A stretch of DNA of 64,000 nt from Macrostomum hystrix (Eukaryota; Animalia; Platyhelminthes): positions 2,604,001 to 2,668,000 of the forward strand of contig CATNEN010000037.1 in the NCBI GenBank assembly GCA_950097015.1, written 5' to 3'. The notes below the pieces were generated by a model. That model worked only from the letters and a program-made list of their open reading frames with translations. It did not search any database and had not been told where the DNA came from. A program made the position numbers and the translations under genes. Below, piece by piece: positions 48,691 through 63,269 of the stretch. Within the stretch, counting starts at the first letter, position 1; each line of letters begins with the position of its first letter.

Positions 48691-50019
48691 ACCGCCACCC
48701 TCTTGCAATTATTACTATACTCCTATCATTCATGGCTCGAAAAAATGCCAGTGCCATACAGTGGGACCCCAGTTAGTTTATTTTAGAATGAGCTGTATTT
48801 TTGCCCTGTATATAATAAGCGTTATCTTTGCTAGTTTTCGATTTTTATTTGTAATATACTTGTATTGTTTTCTTTTGTATGTGAATCAATCACTTCAACT
48901 AAATAATATGTATATCCAAGGATTACGCAGAATTTCAAAATATATGCGCTTCAACTAAGTACACAAATGATCCAATCTATTGTTTTTTATTACGTGCCTG
49001 AGCATATCCAAAGAGTCCAGAGCGCATTGTCCGCCTGTAGAGCTTGTGTTTTGATCAGCCCAGTCCATCGAATTTTAGAGAAGCATTTTTTGTAGTAGAT
49101 TTCTATTATTATTAGCACTTGGGCGCTATCTGTTTATTTTGTGTGGAAATACTACAACAATTTGCTTCCCTAATCTGTCATTGCTTTGATCACATGCATT
49201 GTACATATTTACTGTATATTAAATTTATTTTCTTTATAAAGTTTTCAATTTTGTGAATCGCAACATAATTCATTATTATGCTTTCTCCGGTATGTCAGTT
49301 GTGATTCTACTTACAAAATACACATTTTATACTACTAAAATGCTAATTAAGTGAATCATTTGAAGCTTCCGCAATCAGTTAGCTTAAATTATAAATAATA
49401 ATATTAAGTATTATTTTTAATTAAAATACTTACTAATTTAGCATCTAATTACAATATACGCGAGGGTATAGAATAGAGGTCGAAAAACCGTAAAAAGGAG
49501 AATATAAAAGACGGCTGCGGGCCTGTACTGACTGTAAATATTATATTAGGTAGGGGAGAGATGAGACACGGGAGGGACGAGACCGAGGAGAGATAAGAGA
49601 AGGGAAAGATGAGACAGGATACTGTAGGTGTTAAAGGGGCAACAGTTCTTCGGATTTGGGAGCTTCGAGGCCAAATAAAGTCAATACGTATCCAGATGAA
49701 CAACCAGTGCTACGAAACTATTCCACGAACCTTCTAACTCGTGAAAAACAGCCACCCTACCAACAAAAAAGTCTACCACAGCTGATGATAGTAGCCATTT
49801 TATAGCTCGGTTATCTGTACTGTACTATTTGGAAATTGTGTCTAAACTAGACTATTTCCTTGTTCTCAAATTCGACCTCGTCACCTCGTTCGGAAGTCCA
49901 AGCTGAGCTCCCGATGAACAGTAGTATTATTACTGCTAATATAGTAGAGATTGTAGACACTTGGATTCGTAACAATTTAAGACTATGGCAACAACGCAAT
50001 ATAAATTTAATCGCTTTAA

Positions 50020-50627
50020 CAGTAGGACTACCAAGCCATTTTGCCGCCCGTTTTTATACCAAGGGGGGAGGAAATTCCCCCCCCAGAGAACATTTTTGGC
50101 AGCGCCTGAAAGCTAAACGCGTAGGGTGGTGACTGATTGGTTGACAGACTAGGCGATGGTGTACTGTAGTTGAGCTGCGCCTAATATTTAGGCTTCAGCA
50201 GTGAAATTTTAGATATTCGCATCAGGGTGTCCAGAGTGGCCCATTTCCACATTTTTTGCATTTGAAGGTCCCGCAGTCCGTCTAGATAAAGGTAGGTGAC
50301 CACCAAAGACGGAGATGATGCAGGCACATTCGGGTGACATGCTGATAAAGTTTGAAGGTCTGGAAAGGCCGCACTGAGGCGCAGTGCAAATTCGTGTATA
50401 GGGGCTGTATGAAGTACACTAGCTCTTATGGGAAAAATCGGACCTTCGGCCAGAAACATTGAATATCTCGACGGTCTGAAGAGCTGGCGACTTGTTTCTT
50501 GTTTCAGAAGATGCGCAGCAAAAAGTTGACGCGTATTCTTGAGTTTCGTGTGCTTGCATTGTTCCGTTCGGGTGCAGCAAAAAATTGTCAGGGGGGAGGA
50601 AATTGCCCCCCTTGGTAAGTTCTACTG
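50020..50627. mobile_element. TTAA-flanked MITE (second copy, 608 bp)
   Basis: TTAA|CAGTAGGACTACCAAG ... CTTGGTAAGTTCTACTG|TTAA; interior homologous to 21692-22575. Confidence 0.88.
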
Positions 50628-51177
50628 TTAATAGCCGTCTGAGCTCCTGGTTTTTAATAGCCAGTGTAATTACAATTATCTGTCTTAGATATCTGAGTAT
50701 CTATAAAGAAAAATTGATCACTGATCACTATCACTAGATAGTGACAAACGCAATAATTACTTTTGGTTTTTAATTGTGATAAGTCACTGTTTACGTAATT
50801 TTAATGATTTACTTTAATTATAATCGGATTATTAATAAATCTCAGAACTTTAGATATGATGCAAAAATGTTCCATTTGAAGTCACGTGCCCTTTGTTTTA
50901 TGCTCAGTCGAGAAAAACTTCCTTAAGCACGACGGAGTCACCAAAAAGCAATATGTATTTGTAAGATACATGTAATTTGCTACACAATATACAGGCGCAT
51001 TTATACATAACGATATCAACAGCAAAACAGCTAAATGGAAAATAGTAGTCGCAGAAATCGCATTTTTACTTCATAGACTTATTTATATTTAGCGAAACAA
51101 ATCAATATTTCGTGCACGAAAATATAAAAAATGTGCATGCGATTGAATAGAAGAATATAATTATTTAATCCGCTACA

Positions 51178-52173
51178 TTATGCAGTGTCGCGCGATATAA
51201 TTTCCATCAATTCGTCCAAATTTCTTATCCTGCGTGCGTCCTTATCAGATGTTGTTGGAGCTTCTGAGTCGCTTTGAGCAGAATGGTCGACACAAATTGA
51301 CACCATGCCTTCAGCAGGACTAGCTTGAGTCTCTTGCACCAGTCTCACCTGATGTTCGTCAGCAGATAATCCAACCGAGCTTAAGTACTGCTCCTGTTGA
51401 TATGGTGGCGGCGGCGAAGACAGCAAAAACACTTGCGGCGCTGCCACCGTCTGTGTCGACTGAAACGGCAACTGCACCTGCTGCAATGCTGGCTGAAACG
51501 GCAACTGCACCTGCTGCGATGCTGGCTGAAACGGCAACTGCACCTGCTGCGATATTGACTGAAATGGTACCGCCTGCTGCGATACTTGCTGAAATAGTAC
51601 CGCCTGCTGCGATACTTGCTGAAATGGTACCGCCTGCTGCGATATTGACTGAAATGGTACCGCCTGCTGCGATACTTGCTGAAATGGTACCGCCTGCTGC
51701 GATACTTGCTGAAATGGTACCGCCTGCTGAGGTATTGAATATTGCGATGCCGCCTTCTGGAATCGAGCTGGTGATGCAGAGAGCAAAGCATCTATATTTT
51801 TTTGTGTATCGAAGACCATTCCGCTGCCACTGCCTGGTATCTTGCGGCGTGGTTCCTGGGCTGGGGGAAATTAAAGCATTGAAAGTGATAACGGAATTGT
51901 TTACATTTAAATTTTAAAGGTAGCTTCAACGCAATGCTGTTATTTGTAAACATTTTTATTGCATTACAATTATCTCTAAAAGTCCACATGCACTTTTGAA
52001 TTAGTAAAAAATAGTTCAACTTTGTCGGTAAATTACACGATTTGCAAGTTATGAAATATTTACCATTCTGGACCTGATAGTGATTGGCCACAGTGGGAGC
52101 ACTACAACAGTCGCAACCCCATCTAAGCTCGACTTGTTTACTTGCTGCGCTCTGCCGCTGACCGGCTGTCTCC
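51178..52173 (-). CDS. Probable last two exons of an unidentified gene with a Gln/Pro-rich 11-aa repeat
   Basis: Donor AATG|GTAAAT near 52064 and acceptor ttcccccag|CC near 51863 join in frame to ORF 51178-51819; 33-bp coding repeats (QQAVPFQQVSQ, QQVQLPFQPAS). Upstream exons unresolved. Confidence 0.5.
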
Positions 52174-52939
52174 ATGGTTACCGTAAAACGGCAGGACAGG
52201 TGCCTAGCATTCTGGCTGTTCAGCTTTTCAGTCACGAAACATGGAATTTCCATGGAGACTTCAATCAATTGCTGGAAGATATGGAGAGAATAAAACTTTA
52301 TATAAAAAATAATGGAATCTTATAGAATTTAAGAATAAACATGCTCTTTGTCTTACCCCAACTAGTTTTTTAGCATTGCAGTTTATAGGCTGATTGAGGT
52401 CTAAGACATCAATGGAACAGGTGGCACTTATCGACGAGTTATCTTGAGAAAAATAATGGTGAATTATACAATGAGCAAGTCTTAGAAAATCAAAACAACA
52501 GACAGCTGGCCCTGCAATAACTCACCTTTGATGGGATCTCGCAGCTGGACCGCAAGACATATTGGGTCACGGCCGTTGCAGCAGCGATGAGCCGGCAGGA
52601 TGTCGACAATCGATAAACTGCTAGCTGCTAAAGACGGTTTAAAAGGAGGACTTGATAAATTTGCTAACAAGAATACGGGAGATTTTTTTGGATCAAGCTA
52701 GAAAAGTGCAGAGAAAATCAAGTGACTTGTACTCCTAGATGTGGAATTTTAATTGTTGTAATTAAATAACCGTTAAATCTTTTGAGTTTGTATTAGACGT
52801 GCGCTTGAGTCAATTCAAAAGGTTTGAGTATTCTTCAAAATAAGAGTAATAAAAGCGACTCCAACAGGCTTTGATGGCAGTGGTACTTGCGACATCGAAG
52901 AGGCGCCTGAATTTTGAGTGAGATCTTTGACGCTTAGTT

Positions 52940-53538
52940 CGTTTGAGAGACGCTTAGATCGTTTGAGAGACGCTTGGTCGTTCAAGAGACGCTTAGATCG
53001 TTCAAGAGACGCTTAGATCGTTCAAGAGACGCTTTGGTCGTTTGAGAGACGCTTAGATCGTTTGAGAGACGCTTAGATCGTTTGAGAGACGCTTGGTCGT
53101 TCAAGAGACGCTTAGATCGTTCAAGAGACGCTTAGATCGTTCAAGAGACGCTTTGGTCGTTTGAGAGACGCTTAGATCGTTCAAGAGACGCTTAGATCGT
53201 TCAAGAGACGCTTTGGTCGTTTGAGAGACGCTTAGATCGTTTGAGAGACGCTTAGATCGTTTGAGAGACGCTTGGTCGTTCAAGAGACGCTTAGGTCGTT
53301 CAAGAGACGCTTAGATCGTTCAAGAGACGCTTAGATCGTTTGAGAGACGCTTAGGTCGTTTGAGAGACGCTTAGGTCGTTTGAGAGACGCTTAGGTCGTT
53401 CAAGAGACGCTTAGATCGTTTGAGAGACGCTTAGATCGTTTGAGAGACGCTTAGATCGTTTGAGAGACGCTTGGTCGTTCAAGAGACGCTTAGATCGTTC
53501 AAGAGACGCTTAGATCGTTTGAGAGACGCTTAGGTCGG
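52940..53538. repeat. ~20-bp minisatellite (GAGACGCTTAGATCGTT(T/C)(G/A)A)n, ~30 copies
   Basis: Period of about 20 read directly. Confidence 0.95.
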
Positions 53539-54159
53539 AGATGTTTCCTGTCTTCCCTTATTTTACATAGAGAATTATTGAAACTATGGTTTCTCAAATG
53601 GAACACAGGTTTAATCGAAAAATGCCAAAAAACTAAATTGAGACCATCTTGAATTTCCATGAGGCTTTAGGACTGAAGAGATAAGGGGATTACGCTCGTA
53701 CAAGATTTAGAGAGCAATCAGTGAAATCAGTGAAAATACGAGCTCTGAGTCAAGATTCTCACCAGCAGCCTGGCTAGCGGCTCCTGAGGCAACGACGGAC
53801 GAACTGACCCCTCGGATCACGCGAGTCGTAGCCTCGAGTTGAAATTCCGGAATGTAAAAACTAATTCTAAACTGTTTTACAGTTTTTGCTGACAGCTTTT
53901 GTTGCGGGTCTAGTAAACGAATCGTATATGAGCCATTGAATTATTATTGACAGAAAATTTGTTTCTATTTGAATATAAATTGAAAATGTTTTGAATATTT
54001 ACCAGCCAAATTCTGATTAAACGTTTGAAGAGTCTTTTTCTTGAGTGCCATCGCCTCCTGCCACTTGTCCGGTTGGCAGGCTGTGACCATCACCTTCTCC
54101 AGGCTGCGGAATGGTTTAGATCGTCGGTCTGATCTGTGTCTCGACTGGGACATCTCAGA

Positions 54160-54393
54160 GCTTCAGCCTGACTAAACCACTGCTTCAGCCTGACTAAACC
54201 ACTGCTTCAGCCTGACTAAACCACTACTTCAGCCTGACTAAACCACTGTTTCAGCCTGACTAAACCACTGCTTCAGCCTGACTAAACCACTGCTTCAGCC
54301 TGACTAAACCACTGCTTCAGCCTGACTAAACCACTGCTTCAGCCTGAATAAACCACTGCTTCAGCCTGACTAAACCACTGCTTCAGCCTGACT
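54160..54393. repeat. 22-bp minisatellite (GCTTCAGCCTGACTAAACCACT)n, ~10 copies
   Basis: Period 22 (54182 to 54204). Confidence 0.95.
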
Positions 54394-57300
54394 ATTAAAT
54401 ATGAAACTTATTTGAGCTGAACATGAAACTCTTACCAAACAGGTATGCTATCCACACCAGACATCAGGCGGACCTTTTGCTGAAAAATTCCATCTGTGCA
54501 GGACTCGCCAACCAGTTTGAATGGATGATTTTCTCCGTCTAGGGTAACTACCGCGCCTAGAATATTGGTTTCGACACACTCTCCCAATAGGCTTCCTGAG
54601 GACCGCTGGACAGTCACAATAACACTTTCAGAAGGCGACTCGCCAGGCAAACAAAGCTGCTGGGTTGACCGAGTTCTAGAATTGCCTAATGGACATTCTG
54701 CAGCTGGTTGCACTTTGATTCGCACTTGCATTTCAAGACAGAAGCTGAAGGTTGAAATTATTATAGGCCCTAGTGAAATATTTGGAAGTAATTATATAAC
54801 GAATCAAAGGTTGGAAAATATATAATATCTAAAACCTTAGAAAAGAAAATACAAGTAAAAAATGTCAATTATCAAATAATATTAACAATGTCTTTAAATA
54901 TTGTTATGAGAGGCTAGCCACTGTTATAAGATAATTAAGGTAGTAATAATTATGGATTAGACTCAGGGGGAGTGGAGCCACTTTTGTTTAGGGAGGGGGA
55001 ATGCATTGTCAGTTAGGATCCCAATTCCAATTAGAAGTTAAATATTTAGCTGGTAACCAGACTTCTGAACTTCAGACTTTAGAAAAATAAGTTAAAAGTT
55101 TTAATCTCTGCCTAAGGAAGACAATTTCTATCCTTGAGGTGTAAATTCACCCAGTTGTAAATTGGGATCAGACTAAGCTAAGATATAACTTTGGGCGAGT
55201 GTGTTAGTAGTACTAAAAGTGTAGTTACTTTGTAGTAGCCTTCACAAGACTACTGGCGTAGATAGATCTCTAATTTTATAATCATAAATATTTCAAATAT
55301 TTTACAAATATAACAAAGACTAGCTGAATTAGGTTATATTAAGGTACATAGATATTATCAATTGATCAAAACATAGGCCCTAGTAGACTGTACATGTGTT
55401 CCGATAAATTATGTTTTGATATCACTTAGCTAATGTATATTGAATAGGGCCTTAAAATTAGAAAGACCATGAAGAGGTTTATTCAAATACCAACACTTTT
55501 CTTTTTTGCTAGGCCTATAAAATTGCTATAAAAACCAAGAACATTCAGAGCTAAAATACTGTGTTCTGTCCAATGAACCAACTTACAAATTATAAAATAT
55601 TGCCAAGAAAAAAAATTTTTGGGTGTGCGCCATAGTTAGGATCATGTAGTATGTAAGTATATGCCCAAAAATTCAGGTGTGCATTGGTGTTGCCTTGCCT
55701 ACAGGCCTATTTTGGCCAGCAGACATGGTTGGCATGCACTTGTTGCAAATTAAACTCTTGGATGCACACTTAGTGCTCAAGGTTAGTAAAATGTACATAT
55801 AACACGCATGACTAATAGTAAAAAGCAAGAAGTGATGTTGACAAGAGAAAATTGACTATGTCCAGGCTATGGGGTGTCTGCTAGCAAAGACCACCAATAT
55901 TAGATATAATTTTCCTGCTCACAAAATTTCATAATATAACCATGTTGGCTATTAGGCCTAGCATTGATCATAGTACATTGATACTACTGCACATTTTCAG
56001 CCTAGGCTACAATTTCCACTGAATGACTCAATCCTAGCTTGTTTTAAAAATTCTGAACTTAAATGGGTTTGATTTTGAAGTGTTTCTCTGAAACTTTTTT
56101 CTGGCCTTACATCTGCTCAAGATGTCCGTAGCGTAAAATTTGGCGTTATAACTTTAAGAAACAGTAGCCAGTATGGCTTAAGCCAGTATGAAAATATATT
56201 CATAAAACTCGCCCTTCGACTGATACTTTTAAGTCCTCGCCGTCAGTGCTAGGTCACTGACGGTGGTCAGTCAGTGATCCAGACTCATCGATTAATAGAA
56301 AAGTGTTTAAATTTGTGCGAAACACGTTTCTCGAAAATAAGCTCACGAAGAAACACAGTTAGGGGAAAATTTTAGAAGTTGAATTTCTTATAGAAAACAG
56401 AGACAAAATATGTATGTTAAATATACATAGATATGTCGATAAACTAATGCGTAGTTATAGTTCATGCAAAACTATACTAAGGTATAAACTAGGTATAAAC
56501 TAAGGTATAATTTATCGAGTTTTATTAAGTAGCATACACAATCGTTAACATGGCTTAATACGAGTATTGTATATAAAAATTCAGCCATCAACTTGTACTT
56601 AACTCCTAGCATTATATTTTTACAAATCCGCCCGAGATAAAATATATGCTGTTGGGAGATATCTAATATAGATCAAGGACTCCGTTAAACTACAATTGTA
56701 TATTCTTCCTATTGTTGTCGGAAACTCTTAGGCCCCTAATAATAGAGCGGTTTCGATCACTGAACAGCTGTCGGGGCATGTTGGTCGGTGTTAATTGGAC
56801 AGTAAAAAATCCGCTTATGATCGGTCAATCAGATCATCCGTATTTACTCCATTCTAGAGTCCCACATTCACATGAAGTTGCGTACACTCAGCTAATTATT
56901 GAGATAAATTTCTAGACCATTGGTGTTATTATTGCATGATGCAACCTTCTGAGTTTTTTATTTTCAGAAATGGGTAGCAAATGCCTAGCGTAATTGAATT
57001 CGCTTTCTTGCCATTACTCATGATTTTTAGAGATTTCGATCATTTCCTTGAGTAATTAAGATTTGGTGCTTTGTGGGTATAAAATGTGAATCCTAAAAAT
57101 TCAATAAGAATGATTGCTTAGCTTTTTTAATTAGTATATGGTCCCAATCAATATTTTATGTTGTTTATTTACGCGCCAGCAGGCAATAAATGCGCGTACA
57201 AATACTGCCCATCTACTTGAAGTAGTATGGTTAGAAAAATTTTTATGCCCGTACCGTTGTGATTGTCTCATAAACTCTAGATTCGATCACAATTGACCTC

Positions 57301-59110
57301 TGATGAGCCTTGCGATTATGTACACTCATGAAAAGCGTTAAATTCGAATGATAATTATAGAGAAGGTCGTTCAATATAGTAAGATATCTCGCTAGAAACT
57401 AATCGAAATGATAAAAATTAGAAAAATAAAACGCTCAAATTTGGACGCAATTTTAGCAATTACCAACCAAGGAGTACAATTATTTAAGTAACTCCTACTA
57501 GTATATAGCTTCTAGTTGTCCTTGGTAATTTAGTTTTCTCAGTTTATCTTCAGAAAAGCCATATCTTATACATAGACCATTCAGCAAATTTTTATTGTTT
57601 AAAGAGACTCGTTGGTTGTTCTAGAATTATCTATTGTTTTGCTATTTTGCTTTATGTGCTTTTAACTCCCAACCCGTCTTAATGCCTCATATAGCTCAAA
57701 TTACACCGCGACTTCGTGCTGCAACACTATAGTTAAACGAAATTACGAAAATATTTCAACAGTTGTAATTTTGCTTAAAAGTGCATAATTTATTACAACT
57801 ATTTCAACGCCGATTGTAAGAATACTTATAATTATTGCAAGTATGACAGTCGAATCATTTTAAATGACTGCAAGCACGTTTAGCTACACGGACAATATAT
57901 TATATATTTGTACTTAATGCTATACGAGACAGAATCACAGAATCTTACAATTTTGGTAATACTATTGGACTCGTGAATAGTTAAAACAGCCTATAAATCT
58001 CGAATTGAATTCCCTCATAGGCCAAAGTATGACATCAAGTAGTGCATAATAACAGTAGAGCTACTAATCTAATACTCTAATACTCTTTGGGACTGAGTCC
58101 CGGAGAGCGAGGTACTTGAGGTGCGCACCTAGTCTTAGTCCTTGCTTGAAGCAAAAAGCGGAGGCCTGGTCTGTGAGAAAAAATTCGAATAACAATTAAA
58201 ATGAGCAGCAGTTCAACGAGCCAAACTCTAGTCTGCTTCACTTCTCGCCTATCGTTGCTTAATAGTATGCGGAGTATACTGCACACAGCAAGGCCGCTCG
58301 CACTAAAGTTCTGTCGAACTAATCGCAAGCAAAGAACTGTGACGCCCGTGCGTTCTCAGTAAGTATAGACCGCAGTGCACTCGCTAGACTTGCTATTCTA
58401 CCGGCCCTTCATCCATCTCTGACGACGGCACATAAAATGTGTAATTTCCTGACCCAATCCACGCGTGAATGTGTATGCTCCTATTAGTCGCTCCTGCTTG
58501 ACCGGAGTACTTGGCAAGGAAATGTACACCCAAGACTGCAGCTGCATGAAATGCCAGGTTTGAAAAGAAATTCAGAACATCTCTTTCCTTGCCCCTCCAC
58601 CTCCTTCAAGCTCCGACTGTACTCAGGCGCTCCCTCATACCCCCTCTTCCTCTTCTCTGTTGTGTGGCCCGGTTGCCTAGTTGTAGTGACGGCCCACCCC
58701 GCGCAAGGCCCTCCATTCAGGCCCTATTAATTCAGATGCTCCCCACCCGCTCTCATTACTCACTGCTCATCCTTGTCCACCCCTTCTATCCTGGACTGGC
58801 TCTCCCATCTCTATTCTCGTTCCCTTCCTATACAAATTCCTTCCAATCCCCAGTATTTCCCTCATTTTCCCAGCCCAGCCAGCTCTTCACGGATAAAAAG
58901 CTGCTTTGAAATAATCATCAAAGGCCTGATCGCGATAAGAGAGTTTGCTTGCAGTGGTGGATCTTGCAGGTCCGGATATTGCGGGGCAAATTTGAATCGC
59001 AAGGAGCTTAGCCAGCTTGATAGTTGTAGCAACAAACTCGCGTCAGACAGCGCAGACACGGCCTCCGCGACTCATTTCCACCCGTTGCGCCTATATAAGC
59101 GGCCAAAGGC

Positions 59111-60444
59111 ATGCATTACTACAACTGGTTCTACTTTTTCGAGTTGGCATTCGCAGCCGGTGTTGTCGTTATTCTTATTCTACTGGTCGCGGCACACACT
59201 ATCGCCATCGTGTGCGCAAGGTCCTACTTTTACAAGAAGGTAACATTTGAGCCCGCGGCGTTAGAGGCTGGCCTACCTGGCGTGTCCATCATCAAGCCGC
59301 TGGTTGGCATAGACAAGAATGTGTACACCAACTTGGAGACCTACTTCACTCTGGACTACCCGAACTATGAGCTGTTATTCTGCCTGGAGAGTGCGGACGA
59401 CGCAGTCAACATGGTGGTCGACACGCTGGTACAGAAATACCCGAAAGTGGACGCCCGAGTGTTCACGTCTCCAATGCGCTACAATGTCAATCCAAAGATT
59501 AACAACATGATGCAGGGCTACCAAGCTGCAAAGTACGACCTCGTGATGATCTCCGACAGCGGCGTCAAGATGCGGCCAGAAGCATTGGCGGACATGGTGT
59601 GGTGCATGTCACAAAAGGACGTGGGCATTGTGCACCAGATGCCATTCATCGAACAGCGGCCCGGCTTCCGCAACCTGGCGCATTCCACGTACTTCGGCTG
59701 CTCGCACGCCAAGTTTTACATAGCCGCCTACTGCCTGGGCATCAACTGCTGCACTGGAATGTCATGCCTGGTGCGCAAGCCAGTAGTCGACAAGCTGCCT
59801 GGTGGTCTGGCCTACTTCGGTCGCTACCTGGCCGAAGATTTCTTCCTGGCGCAGCACTTCATTGCCAACGGCTACAAACTGGCGCTGTCGCACCTGCCGG
59901 CACTGCAAGATGGCACCGGAGAGATCGTCAGTCTGCGCAGGCGTCTCATTCGATGGCTTCAGCTGCGCACCGCCATGGTGCCCCATGTGGTGAGTAGGCC
60001 GACATCTTTGTCGCAATTAGCACTCTAGAGAATATTCAAACTGACACCAAACGAACATGTCAACCAACTGTACAGGTTCTACTAGAACTGGTGTCCGAAT
60101 GCCTCGTGTCCGGCCTCATGGGCGCCTGGGCCCTCGCCTTCCTCCTGCCGGGCCTCGTGAATCCGGCCGTCTACTTTCTCAGCCACTGCCTGGTGTGGCT
60201 GTTGGCAGACTACGCCATGCTGTGCAGCTGCCTGGACCCCACCGAGTCACCGATGTTCAACAGATTGGCCTTTCTATTCTCTTGGCTGCTCTGCATCGCC
60301 ACGCAGCCGGTCACCCTTCTGCGGTCGCTTTGCCAATCCGAAATCGTCTGGCGCGACAAGCGCTTCCGTCTGCAGTGGGGCGGCTCCACCGTGGAGCTGC
60401 CGGCCCTGCCCATGAACCTCAGCGCGGTCAGGCAGTCGGTATGA
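59111..60444 (+). CDS. UGCG: Ceramide glucosyltransferase (glucosylceramide synthase), 2 exons, ~415 aa
   Basis: Exons 59111-59989 and 60076-60444 (phase 0). N-terminal TM, GVSIIKPLVG, NPKINN, MISDSG, GMSCLVRK, LAEDFF, RRLIRWLQLR (GT-A D,DXD,D,(Q/R)XXRW pattern). Confidence 0.95.
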
Positions 60445-62220
60445 TGACTGCTCTTTGTCCCTATTTCCCCAGTTTGTCCCAAGTTCTGCTATATCGATAT
60501 TTCGTGGTTACGATCAGCACCTATCGATGCCGTCCATCCTGAGCTGGAAGAGTTACTCATTCGTCCATTACAATTGGTTGATCCACTAACATTGAAATCG
60601 GTGCTAATTGGCCCCAACTGAATAGCGATTAGCGAGCACTAGAGTCCAAACAAAGCGCGCTTCTAGTACCTTGAGCTCTGATGCTCCAAAGGTTTTACGA
60701 GATGTAAAACTCTGAGCTGTTGGAGCATTGATGCTAGGAAGTTCGCATAGATGTTCAGACTCTAGACTCTAGCTCCCACCGCACCTGCTCTGATTGATAT
60801 AAGTTACAGTAGCTGAGTTAAAATATTTTCCTATATTGCTTAACCTGATCCAGCTGCCGCGCTGCATTTTATCCTACTCCCTGGACCCGAATCCCAACTG
60901 CTGATATGTGTCTGCTGCCTCTAGATTTCGCCTCAGCCAGATTAGTTTGCGAAGCTTCAAACTATTTATCTGCTTTTCTTTCGAAGTAAATCCACTGCAG
61001 AGTCTCCCATTTTACTGTGCCCACAACACCTGATTTAGCTATTAATAAAATGCTTTTAGTGCGCTGACTTAAAGGCTGCTTTGTTCTTTAGCTCTTTGTT
61101 TTCCTTTAAACTAACCAGTTAGCTCCTTGTTGATCTGCTTTGCTAGTTACATAACAGTAAAATTTATCCCCATTGTGTTCAACTCACAATGAGCGTTTCA
61201 GCTAGAAGCAGTTTCGCTTTCTACCGGAATTTTGTCGATGCGGACATCAAATATTCTATTGATGACCTCCCTCTCTCTGTAACATTTTTATTCAAGCAAA
61301 ATACAAGTAATTAGCTGGAGTTAACAAGCAGCAGTCAATTAGCTATAATGAATTGATTGGTAAGCATAAGCAAGCCATTGCTTCCCTTTGAGTTCTCACT
61401 TTGAAATATAATTTACAATGGTATGTAACTGCGAAGCATGCAATTAGTGCAGTATATTTCCGCTATTGCAACTGACCATTTTTATTAGTCTTTTCCGTAG
61501 TTTTATTGTGTTATTTTGCACTACAAGCACGTTTCATCGGTCTAGTTTATAGTTGTACTGTTTCAACTGACAAGACTGGGCGTTCACTGGGCGTATTATA
61601 GGTGTAGTTTCTAACAAGCGTAGTTAAGACAAACAGAAGCGCTTATTCAGACTAAGCTATCTACGAGTAGTTTTAGAGGCGTTATAGAGAGGCTGAGACA
61701 GTTGAAACTCGAAAGTACACATTTTGGTTGGAGACGAACTGTGTTATGCCTAGTGCGAGTGCGATTCAGTCTAGATGCAATGAGCTGAAGCCAATGGCCT
61801 AGTTACTCATTATCTCGACCACGCCCCATCTTCGTGACAGGCAGGAGGAGGCGAGAGAAGCGGCCATGTATAGCATCATTGTTTGTGATGAACGGGGCAT
61901 ATTGGCCAACCAACAGAAAAGCATTTGCCTATCAGCTTAGTGCAGCTAAGAGAGCTGCGAATATGCGAAAAGAGAGGAGAGCTGGGCGAGGATGAGGTAT
62001 AGAGAGGCCCTACTGACAACAATAGGCGAGGTTGAGCCAACGAAGCCCACCCCAGCCCTGAATATGGCCGCGCAGTGCAGTCGGAATGTGAAACAGGGGA
62101 AGGAATGGAGACACAAGCATATAGCTAGGAGTGTGACCACTTGGGCCATGGATTCAGATGCGTCGCTGCCAATAAGCTCGGCTGTCGGCTGCCTTGGCAA
62201 CCGCGAGCTGCATGGGAGCT

Positions 62221-62242
62221 AGAGAGAGAGAGAGAGAGAGAG
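62221..62242. repeat. (AG)n microsatellite
   Basis: 11 AG units. Confidence 0.9.
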
Positions 62243-63269
62243 CTCAGAGCGGAGAGCGGAGGGATAGAAGAAAGAGAGAATGCTTTGAATTGAGTTGCAA
62301 AGCTGCACTATTAAGCGAAGTAAGGTAAAAATTACTTATAAAACAGAGGCCAATGAATTTACAAGTCAGATAGCATCACCTAGTGGAGCCGCTAGCCATG
62401 GCCGCCCTACGCTAGCACAAAATACTTTTTTTGATACTGTCACTAGTCGAATGTGGTCACTATTTAGCAAAATTTTCTCTAAAATTACAAAAAAATAAGA
62501 AACCAAACTAAAGAATTAATAGTTCCAATTATAAGCTCAATACAGTTTGGGCAATCCCTTCAAGCTAGCTAGTTAAACAGGTATCGCGAAATAACATCAT
62601 AGCAGCTTTATGATACTTTCATAGCGTCAAGGTAAAAGAACGTATGAAACAGATGCTACGAGTATTTATAACGAGACGCATTCAAATTTAACGGAATCAT
62701 TCTCAGCTAGTCAGTGTTACACACATGGTGCCACATAGGCTCCGTGTAAGCCCGTTACTCGTATATTTCAAACTTAGCATGTAAATTAACAAAAACTATT
62801 AGCTATCAAATTTTAATTTCTTTCGCCGAGAAGTGATCAATCGTAATACATTGTCTATGGGAGATACCGACAAAGGAGAATTCACCGCGACGGAAACAGG
62901 AAATATCAATTTATAGGAAATCAACATGCACTAGTGTTGTTGTCTTCAGCTTTTTCTTTGAGTAGAGTTTGAGTCGATTGTTTAATGAAAGTAACTGCTC
63001 AACCGTTTCGGCTGCTGCCGGAGAAAAAGTTCATCTGAAAATAAATTATTTTGGATAGAGGACGACACGCATCATACTGCTTTGAGTAGTTTTATAAAAC
63101 ATGAAGTCTAACAATAGAGTGCCTTTAATTAGCACATACCGCTTGTATTTTGAATTTTTTGTCTCAAAAAATGAAATAACAACAACGCTTTTTCGGTGAT
63201 TGGTCCTAACAAACGTCCTTTATAAGATGGGATTATAGGATAAATATCTGAATCAATCACAGCTTACCA

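Noticed and set aside
56240-56263. Perfect 9-bp hairpin CCGTCAGTG-CTAGGT-CACTGACGG as a Helitron 3' end
   Set aside because: There is no CTRR terminus at the expected distance downstream and no second copy in the window.
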